From Bacteroidales bacterium UBA1180 (GTDB lineage Bacteria > Bacteroidota > Bacteroidia > Bacteroidales > Paludibacteraceae), in NCBI GenBank assembly GCA_002310195.1, contig DBYS01000016.1, positions 60,278 to 124,277 on the forward strand: DNA of 64,000 nt. Direction: 5' to 3'. How positions within the stretch are numbered: the first letter of the stretch is position 1; each line of letters opens with the position of its first letter. The notes below the pieces were generated by a model. The model saw nothing but the letters and a program-made list of their open reading frames with translations. It was not told the origin of the DNA and did not search any database. This document shows positions 8,566-18,655 of this stretch, piece by piece. The translations under genes and the position numbers were made by a program.

Positions 8566-9797
8566 TACTTGTAGGTAATCTTAGTAACATTCAATCCGAA
8601 TCCGACAACGGACATTGCACCGGTCTCGTCAACGAGAGCCTTACAAGCATCGGTGTACTCGAACGGATAGGGGTTAGCCTGCGATTCCATCCCGTCAACC
8701 TGCGGCAGCAGGTCACCGTTCCACCACGGCGTAGTAACACGCAAAGCGTGGTATTCTGCATCAATGACGCTGTAGTAAACGAAGATTATAGCACCAATAG
8801 GCACTGCTGCCATAACGGAAGACTCGACCTTAACCAGATCTGCATCCCAGGCAATATCCACCGAACCACTCCAAATAATGGTCTCGGTGCTAACCTGCGC
8901 AATAACCTCGTAAACCAGACCTGCTTCGGTAACGAACTTAACCTGCGTGCCGTCCTGGTTGAGCATCGACAATGTGTACTTGCCTTCGTCAACAGCCGGA
9001 GCAGTGAACGTAACCGACGAAGCAGTAGCGGTAACAGAGGTGACCACATTCTCGCCCAACTTGACAGAAGCCACGTTCTGCAGGTTCAGGCCCGTGATGG
9101 TCCATTCCTCACCGGGGATGAACTCGGCATAGCCGTCGAGCACCGTAGCTTCGTTGTAGATATTGAGCACATCGGCACCGTAGAGCTTACCGTCAGCATC
9201 TCTGAGGCGGATATGGTATGCGCCGTTAGGCAGAGCAGGCACAGTAAACGTCAGTGCATCCGCAGTCTGCGAGTCAGGATTGACCTCCATAGCTATATCG
9301 ATACCGAACAGGTCATTGCACAGGGCAACAGATTTGACCATGTTCATGTTCTGACCGTCGATGGTGACAACCATAGCCGGAGCGGCGTGGCGTCCAATAG
9401 CGGGAGCGGCTGAGTACGGGTCGTTGTCATAAGGATTGACCACCACCGTACCGGTACGTGTCGTACGTTTGCCGGCATCGGTCACCGCTTCGATAGTGAG
9501 CGCATACGTACCTGCGTAGAAGCACATATTGATCTTCTCGCCCGTATAAACGAGTTCACCGTCGAGGTACCAGTTGATCTTAGTATAAGCCGAAGGAGTG
9601 ACGGTAACAGAATCATACAACGGGGTATCCGGGTTAGCCAGTAGGTAGGTAAACGAACCTGTACCGGACTCGTTGTACGGCCGGAGGATCAGCGGCGCAT
9701 CGTCCGGCGACTGCGTGTCGAACGGCTCCTGCGGGTTACAGCCGCTGAACACGAACATCGTAGCAAGAGCTGCTATATATAAAAACTTCGTTTTCAT
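8565..9797 (-). CDS. Cell-surface lipoprotein with PKD-like and IPT/TIG-like domains, in the SusE/F-position glycan-binding slot
   Basis: Has a lipoprotein signal (FVFSGC) and lies immediately downstream of SusD. The beta-sandwich-like repeats were judged by eye. Its stop codon overlaps the MFS start codon (TAATG). Confidence 0.65.
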   Translation of the reverse strand: MKTKFLYIAALATMFVFSGCNPQEPFDTQSPDDAPLILRPYNESGTGSFTYLLANPDTPLYDSVTVTPSAYTKINWYLDGELVYTGEKINMCFYAGTYALTIEAVTDAGKRTTRTGTVVVNPYDNDPYSAAPAIGRHAAPAMVVTIDGQNMNMVKSVALCNDLFGIDIAMEVNPDSQTADALTFTVPALPNGAYHIRLRDADGKLYGADVLNIYNEATVLDGYAEFIPGEEWTITGLNLQNVASVKLGENVVTSVTATASSVTFTAPAVDEGKYTLSMLNQDGTQVKFVTEAGLVYEVIAQVSTETIIWSGSVDIAWDADLVKVESSVMAAVPIGAIIFVYYSVIDAEYHALRVTTPWWNGDLLPQVDGMESQANPYPFEYTDACKALVDETGAMSVVGFGLNVTKITYK

Positions 9798-9849
9798 AAT
9801 ATTTCAAATTTCAAATTTATGGTTTCAAATTTCCAATAGCCGCAGGGCG

Positions 9850-11532
9850 TTATTTCACATCCCACCAGAGGCGAGCGTGCCATGAGTAATCACCTACCCG
9901 ATCTTTAGCCTCCTGATAAGCATCCTTGCTGTAGGTCTCCTCCTTGATAGGATAGCACAGGCGTACGGGGATGTCCGCTCCGTCGATGAGCGGGTTCTTG
10001 GTGTTCGGTGCCTGGAGCTTAGGATAGTCCGCACGACGTACGTTTGCCCACGCCTCAGCAGGGTTGTGGAAATGCAGAATCCAAGCCTGGGTGTTGATCT
10101 GACTCTTCTGCTGTTCTGCCACTGCGCCGAAGGCTACAGAGGTCTCAGCGATGTACGCAGCGAACTCGGCGTCGGTAACAACGGAGCAGCCGTAGTAAGT
10201 AGCCAGGAGGTCCATGGCGGCACGGATACCGCTCTCATAGAAATCCTTGGCATTGTCGGCCGTCCATCCCAACACAGCAGCCTCAGCACGCAGGAAGCAT
10301 ACCTCAGCGTAAGTCATCAGAATGCCAGGGTTATCAGAACGCAGGAAATTGCCGGCGAGCTTAGGCATCAACCAACGGGGATTGGAACCCGGGTTGTAGT
10401 CAGGATGTGCGGCCTGGATCTCGGCAATCTGCGTAGCCAGCGGGCTGCCGAGTATGTCGGTGTACGAAGGCCAGTTGTCCCAGGAGAACTCACCCGGAGC
10501 GATCATGTAGATGACATCGGCCGACGGGTTGGCAGCTTGCGTAGCCAGCACGGCGTCAGTGACGTCAATACGTCCGTCACCGGTAGAGATAGACATAAAG
10601 TCGTCGATATAGAACCGGCAGAGACGTGTAGTACGTGGGTCGTTATTCTTGTAGAGCTGCTCCCAGAAGGTCTGGCAGAGGTACGAGGGGTTATTGGCAG
10701 GGTCGTTGCCATAGAAATACTTAGCCATAGCATTGCCACGGATATCCCTGTAAGCCTCCTGACCGAAGCTGTAGCTGACATTCATGTGCTTGATGCACGC
10801 ATCGTCCGTACCGCTCACCATCACACCATCCTCCAGTGCTGCAACGAACTCGGTCTTAGCCAGATCGGGCAACACGTCGGACAGACGCATAGCATAACGC
10901 AGACGCAACGAGTTGGCGAATGTAATCCACTCGGCGATATTACCACCGAACAGCGGATCGCTGGTGATTGCCTTGGCGTTGATGTCGAACAGACCGGCAG
11001 CTTCCTTCAACTCGCTGAAGAAGAAGCGGTAAAGATCCTCCTGCTTGTCGTATTTCGGCTTGGAGTTACCGGTGATGTAACCCAGACCTGCCTCGGTGAA
11101 CGGTATATCGCCGTAATAATCCGTCAGCAGTGCGCCAACATATACGCGGAAGATACGCAGCGCAGCGTAAACGTTCACCTGCGTGCCATCGTCCTTGGTA
11201 GCCTCGATGGCATCCGTGAGGTTACGCATAGCACCCGGGTAGAGATTGTTCCAGGGACGGGACATCTCGTTGTCGTCCATACGATGCTGGCCGCCGTAGT
11301 TAGTAGTGTTCCAGCAACCCATGAGGTGCTGCGTGAACGCGTACGTATAGAGTCGATGAACATCGACATAGTTCATATCGCCGTAGATCTGCAACTCAGC
11401 ATAAGAGAGCTGCGACGACGGGTTAACGTGATCCGCTTTGGTGGGATCAGTATTGATCTCCTCGTAAATCTCGTCAGAGCAAGAAGCGAGAACAGCCGCA
11501 AAAGCGAGCAGTATAAATAATTTCTTTTTCAT
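9850..11532 (-). CDS. susD: SusD/RagB family nutrient-binding outer-membrane lipoprotein
   Basis: Has a lipoprotein signal (VLASC), SusD-like TPR-type helices, and a position directly after SusC. Confidence 0.9.
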   Translation of the reverse strand: MKKKLFILLAFAAVLASCSDEIYEEINTDPTKADHVNPSSQLSYAELQIYGDMNYVDVHRLYTYAFTQHLMGCWNTTNYGGQHRMDDNEMSRPWNNLYPGAMRNLTDAIEATKDDGTQVNVYAALRIFRVYVGALLTDYYGDIPFTEAGLGYITGNSKPKYDKQEDLYRFFFSELKEAAGLFDINAKAITSDPLFGGNIAEWITFANSLRLRYAMRLSDVLPDLAKTEFVAALEDGVMVSGTDDACIKHMNVSYSFGQEAYRDIRGNAMAKYFYGNDPANNPSYLCQTFWEQLYKNNDPRTTRLCRFYIDDFMSISTGDGRIDVTDAVLATQAANPSADVIYMIAPGEFSWDNWPSYTDILGSPLATQIAEIQAAHPDYNPGSNPRWLMPKLAGNFLRSDNPGILMTYAEVCFLRAEAAVLGWTADNAKDFYESGIRAAMDLLATYYGCSVVTDAEFAAYIAETSVAFGAVAEQQKSQINTQAWILHFHNPAEAWANVRRADYPKLQAPNTKNPLIDGADIPVRLCYPIKEETYSKDAYQEAKDRVGDYSWHARLWWDVK

Positions 11533-11553
11533 AATAGTGACAGATTTACAATA

Positions 11554-14500
11554 TTAGAATTTGAGATTGAAGTTTAGACCGTAGCTACGACGGCTCGGCA
11601 GCGAACCGTACTCCAAGCCAAGGCCGGATGTATTGTACTGTGCATCGGGGTCGATATCCTTGATGTTCTTCCACACGATGAAGGGGTTACGAGCCACGAA
11701 ACTGATGCTCACGTTCTTGAGCACTCCCCCCTTGTCGAGCCACTCCTTGGGGAAGGTAACGCCAAAGGTAAGTTCGCGGCACTTGATGTACGAGTTGTCG
11801 TAGATGAACAGTTCCGGCGACTTACGCGACACTTCCATCCAGTAATCTTCGGGGTTGATGTAGATGTCGTTTTCGCGATATGTACCGTCGCCATTGTCGA
11901 TGACGCCGTCAACGAGGTAACCGCCTGTAGCGACCCATCCGCTGGTAACGCCTGCAGCCTTGCGCGCCTCCTCGGAAGCATACCACTCGGCACGTCCAGC
12001 CAGGGTCTCGATAGCCTTACCGGTCTCATACGACGAGCGCTCGGACATCGAGAAGATATCAGCACCGACCTTAACGTCGAACAATGCGGTAAGGGTAAAC
12101 ATCTTATAGCGGAGCGTAGTGTTCAGACCACCGGTCCACTTCCATTGTGCATTGCCGAGCACTTTGTTCTCCGTAGTAAACGCAGGCAGACCGGTCAAGC
12201 CGTCAACGATAACACGTCCGTCGTCGGTGCGCGCGAGCGCCGGGCCGCAGATGGCACCGTACTCCTCACCCTCGCGAGCGGAAACATATACATTACACCA
12301 GGTAGCCTTAGCCAACTCGAGCTCGGTCGTTCCCTCGGTAAGAGAAAGCACCTTGTTGGTGTTCTTCGACCAGTTGATGTTCAAGTCCCAACTGAAATCT
12401 TTCGTTTGCACAAGGCGCGAACCGAAGGTAATCTCAAAACCTTGGTTAAGGATCTCACCGGCGTTGATCATACGGTACTCGTAGCCGCTGGTAGGCGATG
12501 TAGCCATACCGATGATCTGATCGCGTGACTTCTGGTGATAGAACGTGAAGTCGAGGCTGATACGGCTGTTGCACCACTTGGTTTCAAAACCTGTCTCGAT
12601 CGAACGGGTACGTGTCGGTTTGAGGTCGGCGTTCGGCACTGTATTGCCATACACCGAACCGATGGTGTAACCCGGATAACCGAACTGCGACTTGGCATAA
12701 CGCAGGCTGAGTTGGTACGGATCGGTATCGCTACCTACCTCTGCCCAGCTCAAGCGAACCTTACCGTAAGGCAGCACCTTGCGGTTGCCCTTGATGAGCT
12801 CGGAGAATACAAATGAACCGCTGACCGAAGGATAGACGTACAGGTTCTTGCCGCTAGCAAGGGTCGAAGACTTATCGCCACGAACTGTAGCATCCAAGTA
12901 CAACATGTGACGCCAACCGAGGTTAACCGAACCGAAGACGGAAACGATACGTTTGTTGTAGGTCGATTCCTCAACCGATTGCTCCTCGAAGCTCGACATA
13001 GCCACGACCTCGCGGATACCCATGTCCGTGCCGGTATTGACCGTTGTAGCGTTGTGTACGTTGTAGATGTTAGCACCGGCAGTGGCGGTGAAGTCGAAGT
13101 CACCCCAGTTGTCGTTGTATATACCGAGGAACTCGGCATTGATCATGCGATTGTTGAAATACATATTCTGCAAGCGTCCGGACTCGTAACCCGGAGTAGT
13201 CGGGTACTTGAAATCCGAGAACTCAAAGCGGTTGAGCTCGGCACCTACCGTAGCCTGAATCTTCAACTGCGGGATGATATTGTACACGATCTTGCCGTTC
13301 ATACGGAGCAGATCCTTGTAGGACTGGTTCTTGTTTTTGTTAATATCCCAGTACGGGTTGACATTGTACGGGTCCATACCATTCCAGTTCTGGTACTCGC
13401 CTTCGGCCGTCTCGTAGTTTCTCAACCACTCCTGATTGTAGGTTGTAGCGAGCGTCATAAGGTTTTTGCCAACGTTCGATTTGTCGTCACCCAGAGCGGG
13501 ACGGTTGGTTACATCCTCGTGGGTGAAGTTAGCCGTGAAATCCAGGTCAACCGGTCCGAGGCTCGTGTTGGCACGCAGGTTCAGCGTGTTACGGCTCATT
13601 TTCGAGTTAGGCAGGATATCCTTGTTACGCATATCGGTGTAAGCGAAGCGGATACCCGTGCGGCCAGTGTTCATCGATACGACAGCCGTGTTCGTAGCAG
13701 TAAGGCCGAGTTGGAAGAAGTTAGCCGTATTGTTCGGAATGATTTGGAACGGATGTTCCTGGCCGTCGAAGTAACGAAGCATCAAGCCATTGTCAGCCTT
13801 GGGTCCCCAGGACTTGTTGGTATTGCTTACGGCATCGATATTGTACTGGCCGTCGGAACCCATACCATACACTTGCTGTACATTGTCCCATTTGCTAAGT
13901 TGGGAATCGAAGGTAAGCGTACCGTTGTACTCGACCGACCACTTGGCATCGCCTGTATCGGCTTTCTTGGTAGTGATGAGGATCACGCCGTGACTGGCTC
14001 GGCTACCGTAGAGTGCAGCAGCAGCCGGACCCTTGAGGACAGACATCGACTCGATATCATCCGGGTTGATGGCAGATATACCGTCACCGAGGTCGTAACC
14101 TCCTTCCGTGCCGGCCGAACCGAAGTTCGTATTATCCATAGGCACACCGTCGATCACGTAGAGCGGCTGGTTGTTGCCGGTCATCTCCGTTGTACCACGT
14201 AGCATGACGCGCGTAGAACCGGCAGGGCCACCGGCCGTACCTTGTACAACCAAACCGGCCACACGTCCTGCGAGCGAGTTGGCCACATTGGTCTCCTTGG
14301 CTTTGGTGAGATCTTCGCCCTTCACCTCGCCCACTTCGTAACCAAGCGCTTTGCGGTCACGCTTGATACCCATGGCGGTAACAACCACCTCGGAGAGCAC
14401 TTCGGTGTCCTCAGACATCGTTACGTTGATAACATTGCTCGTAACGGCAATCGTCTGAGCACTGTAACCCATGTACGAGAACTCCAGTTCGTCACCGATA

Positions 14501-14706
14501 TTCGCCTGGATGGAATACTGTCCGTCCATGTCGGTAATCGTACCACGGGTGGTTCCTTTGACGAGCACACTGGCGCCGATGAGCGGACCATCGGCATCCC
14601 CAACAACGCCCGTCACAATGTTTTGTGCAAATGCCCAACCCGTAGAACTGATGATCAACGCTACGAGCAGGAGCGCACGCTTGCACTGTTTAAGTGAGTG
14701 TCTCAT
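11554..14706 (-). CDS. susC: SusC/RagA family TonB-linked outer-membrane transporter
   Basis: Has an N-terminal carboxypeptidase-regulatory-like domain (GVVGDADGPLIGASVLVKGT), a plug domain (GSRASHGVILITTKK) and a C-terminal barrel ending in NFNLKF. Confidence 0.95.
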   Translation of the reverse strand: MRHSLKQCKRALLLVALIISSTGWAFAQNIVTGVVGDADGPLIGASVLVKGTTRGTITDMDGQYSIQANIGDELEFSYMGYSAQTIAVTSNVINVTMSEDTEVLSEVVVTAMGIKRDRKALGYEVGEVKGEDLTKAKETNVANSLAGRVAGLVVQGTAGGPAGSTRVMLRGTTEMTGNNQPLYVIDGVPMDNTNFGSAGTEGGYDLGDGISAINPDDIESMSVLKGPAAAALYGSRASHGVILITTKKADTGDAKWSVEYNGTLTFDSQLSKWDNVQQVYGMGSDGQYNIDAVSNTNKSWGPKADNGLMLRYFDGQEHPFQIIPNNTANFFQLGLTATNTAVVSMNTGRTGIRFAYTDMRNKDILPNSKMSRNTLNLRANTSLGPVDLDFTANFTHEDVTNRPALGDDKSNVGKNLMTLATTYNQEWLRNYETAEGEYQNWNGMDPYNVNPYWDINKNKNQSYKDLLRMNGKIVYNIIPQLKIQATVGAELNRFEFSDFKYPTTPGYESGRLQNMYFNNRMINAEFLGIYNDNWGDFDFTATAGANIYNVHNATTVNTGTDMGIREVVAMSSFEEQSVEESTYNKRIVSVFGSVNLGWRHMLYLDATVRGDKSSTLASGKNLYVYPSVSGSFVFSELIKGNRKVLPYGKVRLSWAEVGSDTDPYQLSLRYAKSQFGYPGYTIGSVYGNTVPNADLKPTRTRSIETGFETKWCNSRISLDFTFYHQKSRDQIIGMATSPTSGYEYRMINAGEILNQGFEITFGSRLVQTKDFSWDLNINWSKNTNKVLSLTEGTTELELAKATWCNVYVSAREGEEYGAICGPALARTDDGRVIVDGLTGLPAFTTENKVLGNAQWKWTGGLNTTLRYKMFTLTALFDVKVGADIFSMSERSSYETGKAIETLAGRAEWYASEEARKAAGVTSGWVATGGYLVDGVIDNGDGTYRENDIYINPEDYWMEVSRKSPELFIYDNSYIKCRELTFGVTFPKEWLDKGGVLKNVSISFVARNPFIVWKNIKDIDPDAQYNTSGLGLEYGSLPSRRSYGLNFNLKF

Positions 14707-14734
14707 GCTTAATTGATTTTATGTTGAGTTATTA

Positions 14735-15982
14735 TTATTTGCGAGAGGATTCGGGCGCTGAATCGTAGATCGATTGCAGCGTGTAGTTCGGGTCGTTGTT
14801 CTCCCACGAGTCAATCATCGCCCGTACGGCCTGTTCGCCATTGCCGATGAACCGTCCTGTAGCATGATCAATCACACCGAAGCCGTCGTTGCCGGCTTTG
14901 CTATTGCCATTATCCCAATACAGGGCAGATATACGGCGGTCGCGCATAGCCTTGCATATATAGCGGAAGTAATAGAGCCGGAACTCCTCGTCGGCCTTGC
15001 TTGCACGACGCACTGCGCCGAACTCGCCGAAATACACAGGTACACCGCGGCGGATATACATGTTGAACAGGCGGTTGAGCATACCTACGTATGCCTCCTC
15101 ACCTACTCCGGGCACGACATCTTTGCCGGTGTGTCCCCACTCGTTGTACTTAGCCGAACCGGCATAATCCCACGGATCGTAACTGTGTACAGCCACCATC
15201 AGGCGGTTGGGTACAACATCTTCGGGCAGGACGAGATTCTCGACCGTTAGATCGGGGTTACATACGTAGCCCGGCACGCCGATGTAGCGTGTCTCGTTCT
15301 TGCCACCGGCAGCGCGGATAGCATCGACGCATACCTGGTTCCACTCGTTGAGCACGCGGTATTGTGCGCCACCGTCCCTGCGGTTGTTGCCATTGCCCCA
15401 GTCGCCGTCCTGTATCTCGTTGAGCGTCTCGAACACAAGCCACTCGCCATCGTTGGCAAAGCGCTTGCCGATCTGCAACCAGATCATGGTCAGTTCCTGC
15501 TTGATGAGCTGATTGCGCTCTTCGCTGGCAACAGCAGCCGGCAGATCGAGCCAATGGGAGCCCTTGCTGGGCGTGTCAGCCGCACCAAAACCGTCGTGGT
15601 GGATATTGATGATCACGATGAGTCCGGCCTTGTGGGCCATATGAACGAGTTCGTCGACACGATCCAACCAGCCGCGCTCGATAGCGTACGTAGGAGCATT
15701 GCCGATGTGTCCCATCCATGTTACAGGGATACGCACCGAACGGAAGCCGGCCTTAGCCAAACCGTTGAAGGTCTGCTGCGTAGCCGCTTTGTTGCCCCAG
15801 CCAGTCTCGTACGAACAGCCGTCATAGTGGGCGTCCATCTGATTGCCAAGGTTCCAGCCGATGCCCATCGACATGCCGAACTGAACGGCCTCGTTGTCCA
15901 TCGGACGCCGTTTCTTCTCCTGTGCATTGCAAGCAGTAAGAACTACAAGCAAAGCAACAAATAATGCTGATAATTTCTTCAT
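14735..15982 (-). CDS. Glycoside hydrolase family 5 endo-beta-1,4-glucanase-like lipoprotein
   Basis: Has a lipoprotein signal (VVLTAC), the motifs NIHHD and FETLNE (putative acid/base Glu), and FGEFGA (putative nucleophile Glu). Confidence 0.85.
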   Translation of the reverse strand: MKKLSALFVALLVVLTACNAQEKKRRPMDNEAVQFGMSMGIGWNLGNQMDAHYDGCSYETGWGNKAATQQTFNGLAKAGFRSVRIPVTWMGHIGNAPTYAIERGWLDRVDELVHMAHKAGLIVIINIHHDGFGAADTPSKGSHWLDLPAAVASEERNQLIKQELTMIWLQIGKRFANDGEWLVFETLNEIQDGDWGNGNNRRDGGAQYRVLNEWNQVCVDAIRAAGGKNETRYIGVPGYVCNPDLTVENLVLPEDVVPNRLMVAVHSYDPWDYAGSAKYNEWGHTGKDVVPGVGEEAYVGMLNRLFNMYIRRGVPVYFGEFGAVRRASKADEEFRLYYFRYICKAMRDRRISALYWDNGNSKAGNDGFGVIDHATGRFIGNGEQAVRAMIDSWENNDPNYTLQSIYDSAPESSRK

Positions 15983-16013
15983 GGCATTAATATAATATTT
16001 TTAGAGTTTTACC

Positions 16014-18467
16014 TTAAAGTGTTACCGTTATTTCGTGGTGACCGGGAGCGTACGGCAGGATGGTCGGGCGGTCGGGATGCTGATGACCGTTCGGGTTCTT
16101 GACGGTGATGACATACTCGGCGTCACGCCACTTGCGCGTAACCTTGTACTCCTTAAGATCAGACGGAATGCACGGATTGACTTCGAGTCCTTCGTACGTC
16201 GGCCGTATACCGAGGATATACTGACTGACTGTCAGCCAGTTCCAGGCAGCAGTACCGGTGAGCCAGGAGTTCTTGCCCTCGCCGGGCTTGGCAGCTTCCT
16301 TGCCGGCCACCATCTGACAATAGACGTAAGGCTCAACCTTGTGCAGATCCTGATTCTCGATCCATGCGGGAGTAATCTTGCGGTAGAGGTTCCACGCGTC
16401 GTTGCCGCGTCCGGCAAGTGCCTGAGCGATGATCACCCACGGGTTGTTGTGGCAGAAGATGCCACCGTTCTCCTTGTAACCTGCAGGATAGGTCGATTGC
16501 TCGCCAAGCTCGATGTGATAGGTCGTGTAAGCCGGCCAGTTAAGAACCATGCCGTGCTCGCTGTCCAGCAGTCGTGCAGCGCTGTCAAGAGCCTGCTCGG
16601 GCAAGCCTTGCTCCGCACCGATACGCGCCATAGCACACCATCCCTGGCTCTCGATGAAGATCTTGCCTTCAGCGTTTTCGTTGGAGCCGACCTTGTTACC
16701 ATAATAATCGTACGCGCGCAGGTACCACTCGCCGTCCCAGCCAAACTGCTCGACGGCTTGACACATGGCATTGATATGCTGCTCGGCGCGGTCGGCCTCG
16801 CCAGACAGGTTGCGTGTGCGGCAAAGCTCCACATACTGGCGTCCGCAGAACACGAACAAGCCGGCAATCATCAGCGATTCAGCCTTACTGCCCTCGGTCT
16901 TGTTGCCCGTGGTCTGGAACGACTCGTTGGGATCGCTGGAGAAACAGTTGAGATTCAGACAATCGTTCCAGTCGGCACGTCCGATAAGCGGCAGCCCGTG
17001 AGGACCGAGGTTCTCCACTACATGGTTGAAACTGATGCGCAGGTGCTCCATCAGAGGCACTTCGCTGCCGGGCTGATTGTCCCAAGGCACAAGCTCGTCA
17101 AGGATGGAGAAGTCACCCGTTTCGCGGATATATGCCGTAGTGCCGAAGATGAGCCACATAGGATCGTCGTTGAAGCCTCCGCCTATATCGTTGTTGCCAC
17201 GCTTGGTGAGCGGCTGATACTGATGGTAACAACCGCCGTCAGGGAACTGCGTAGAGGCTATATCGATAATGCGCTGGCGCGCGCGTGAAGGAATCTGATG
17301 AACGAATCCAACCAAATCTTGGTTGGAATCCCTAAATCCCATACCGCGGCCTATGCCCGACTCGAAGAACGATGCCGAACGGCTCATGCAGAACGTGATC
17401 ATGCATTGGTACTGATTCCAGATGTTCACCATTCGGTTGAGGCGCTCGTCGCTGCTCTCAACGCTATACTTGCTGAGCAACTCGTCCCACAACGCACGAA
17501 GTTCGGCAAACACTGCGTCCACTGCCTCGACAGAAGCAAAGCGGCTGATCACCTCATGCGCGCGCGCCTTGTTAATAATGTGATGATCCTTGTCGCCAAG
17601 GCTGGTGAGTTCACCACGATTGGCGGCAAACTTCTGATCTTCGGGGTTCTCCTCGTAGCCAAGGATAAAGATGAAATCGCGACTCTCGCCGGCCTTGAGC
17701 TCCACTTCGATATAATGGCTTGCGATCGGACTCCAGCCGTGTGCAAGACTGTCAGTGGAATGGCCGTTGAGCACAGCCTGCGGTTCGGAAAGCTCGTTGT
17801 ACAAGCCGACAAACGACTCGCGGTCGGTATCATAACCCTGAACGGGGCTGTTGACGGAATAGTAAGCGTAATGATTGCGGCGCTCCTTGTATTCGGTCTT
17901 ATGGTAGAGGGCCGTGAAATCTGCGGCTTGCTCAATCTCCACCTCACCGGTAGAAAGGTTGCGCTGGAAGTTCTCACCGTCCGTGGCACCGTTCCAGAGG
18001 CACCACTCGGTATAACTGAAGAGCTTGATGCTCTTTGACCCGTCACCAAGATTGGTGAGCGTCAGCTTCTGGATCTCAGCTTTTACGCCCAGGGGAACAA
18101 AGTGCAGCACGCTCGCGCGAACATTGTTCTTCACACCCGTGATGCGCGTATAGTTCAAGCCGTGACGGCACTCATAGTTGTCAAGCGGTGTCTTGCAAGG
18201 TTTCCAGCCAGGGTTCCAAACAACATCACCGTCTTTGAGATAAAAGTAGCGTCCGCCATTGTCCATCGGCACGCTGTTGTAGCGATAACGGGTGATGCGG
18301 CGGAACTTGGCGTCCTTGTAGAAGTTATAACCTCCGGCGGTATTGCTGATCAGACCGAAGAAATCTTCATTGCCGAGATAATTGATCCAAGGGAAAGGTG
18401 TCTTGGGATTGGTGATGACATATTCGCGATTGGCGTCATCAAAATGTCCGTATTGATTGTGTGTCAT
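16014..18467 (-). CDS. GH94 cellobiose/cellodextrin phosphorylase (cytoplasmic)
   Basis: The start is set at [32 protein letters not shown], the canonical N-terminus of cellobiose phosphorylases. It also has the RADWNDCLN catalytic region, is about 817 aa long, and has no signal peptide. Confidence 0.9.
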   Translation of the reverse strand: MTHNQYGHFDDANREYVITNPKTPFPWINYLGNEDFFGLISNTAGGYNFYKDAKFRRITRYRYNSVPMDNGGRYFYLKDGDVVWNPGWKPCKTPLDNYECRHGLNYTRITGVKNNVRASVLHFVPLGVKAEIQKLTLTNLGDGSKSIKLFSYTEWCLWNGATDGENFQRNLSTGEVEIEQAADFTALYHKTEYKERRNHYAYYSVNSPVQGYDTDRESFVGLYNELSEPQAVLNGHSTDSLAHGWSPIASHYIEVELKAGESRDFIFILGYEENPEDQKFAANRGELTSLGDKDHHIINKARAHEVISRFASVEAVDAVFAELRALWDELLSKYSVESSDERLNRMVNIWNQYQCMITFCMSRSASFFESGIGRGMGFRDSNQDLVGFVHQIPSRARQRIIDIASTQFPDGGCYHQYQPLTKRGNNDIGGGFNDDPMWLIFGTTAYIRETGDFSILDELVPWDNQPGSEVPLMEHLRISFNHVVENLGPHGLPLIGRADWNDCLNLNCFSSDPNESFQTTGNKTEGSKAESLMIAGLFVFCGRQYVELCRTRNLSGEADRAEQHINAMCQAVEQFGWDGEWYLRAYDYYGNKVGSNENAEGKIFIESQGWCAMARIGAEQGLPEQALDSAARLLDSEHGMVLNWPAYTTYHIELGEQSTYPAGYKENGGIFCHNNPWVIIAQALAGRGNDAWNLYRKITPAWIENQDLHKVEPYVYCQMVAGKEAAKPGEGKNSWLTGTAAWNWLTVSQYILGIRPTYEGLEVNPCIPSDLKEYKVTRKWRDAEYVITVKNPNGHQHPDRPTILPYAPGHHEITVTL

Positions 18468-18491
18468 GATACAGTGATTCAAAAAACAATG

Positions 18492-18523
18492 CAAAGGTAC
18501 TGCTTTTAATTGACATATACAAA
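18492..18523 (-). promoter_or_regulatory. Promoter of the PUL1 operon (-7 TACCTTTG is the reverse complement of 18492-18499; -33 TTTG is the reverse complement of 18520-18523)
   Basis: Consensus match with a 20-nt spacer, about 25 nt upstream of the GH94 ATG. Confidence 0.6.
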
Positions 18524-18573
18524 TACTTTTCCGACCGTTTTTATGCGTTTTTTGTAAAATAGTGCAAAAAACG

Positions 18574-18605
18574 TTTGCATATATCATTTTTTTTCATTAC
18601 TTTTG
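18574..18605 (+). promoter_or_regulatory. Promoter of the AraC-family regulator (-33 TTTG 18574-18577, -7 TACTTTTG 18598-18605)
   Basis: Consensus match with a 20-nt spacer, divergent from the PUL1 promoter. Confidence 0.6.
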
Positions 18606-18655
18606 TGTCGTACAACATATTTTGGTCGCAGACTATCGGCCATTTGCTATCAGCC

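Noticed and set aside
10066-11520. A 484-aa plus-strand ORF. Similar long ORFs occur at 12907-14202, 16035-17288, 23587-24510, 27001-28359, 35814-37421, 38151-39590, 55944-56807 and 59589-60272.
   Set aside because: Each lies antisense to a well-supported gene (SusD, SusC, GH94, the oxidoreductase, the TPR proteins, gyrA or the MFS). Their translations are Arg/Val/His/Leu-rich with no recognisable motifs, which is the usual shadow-ORF artefact in sequence of this GC content.
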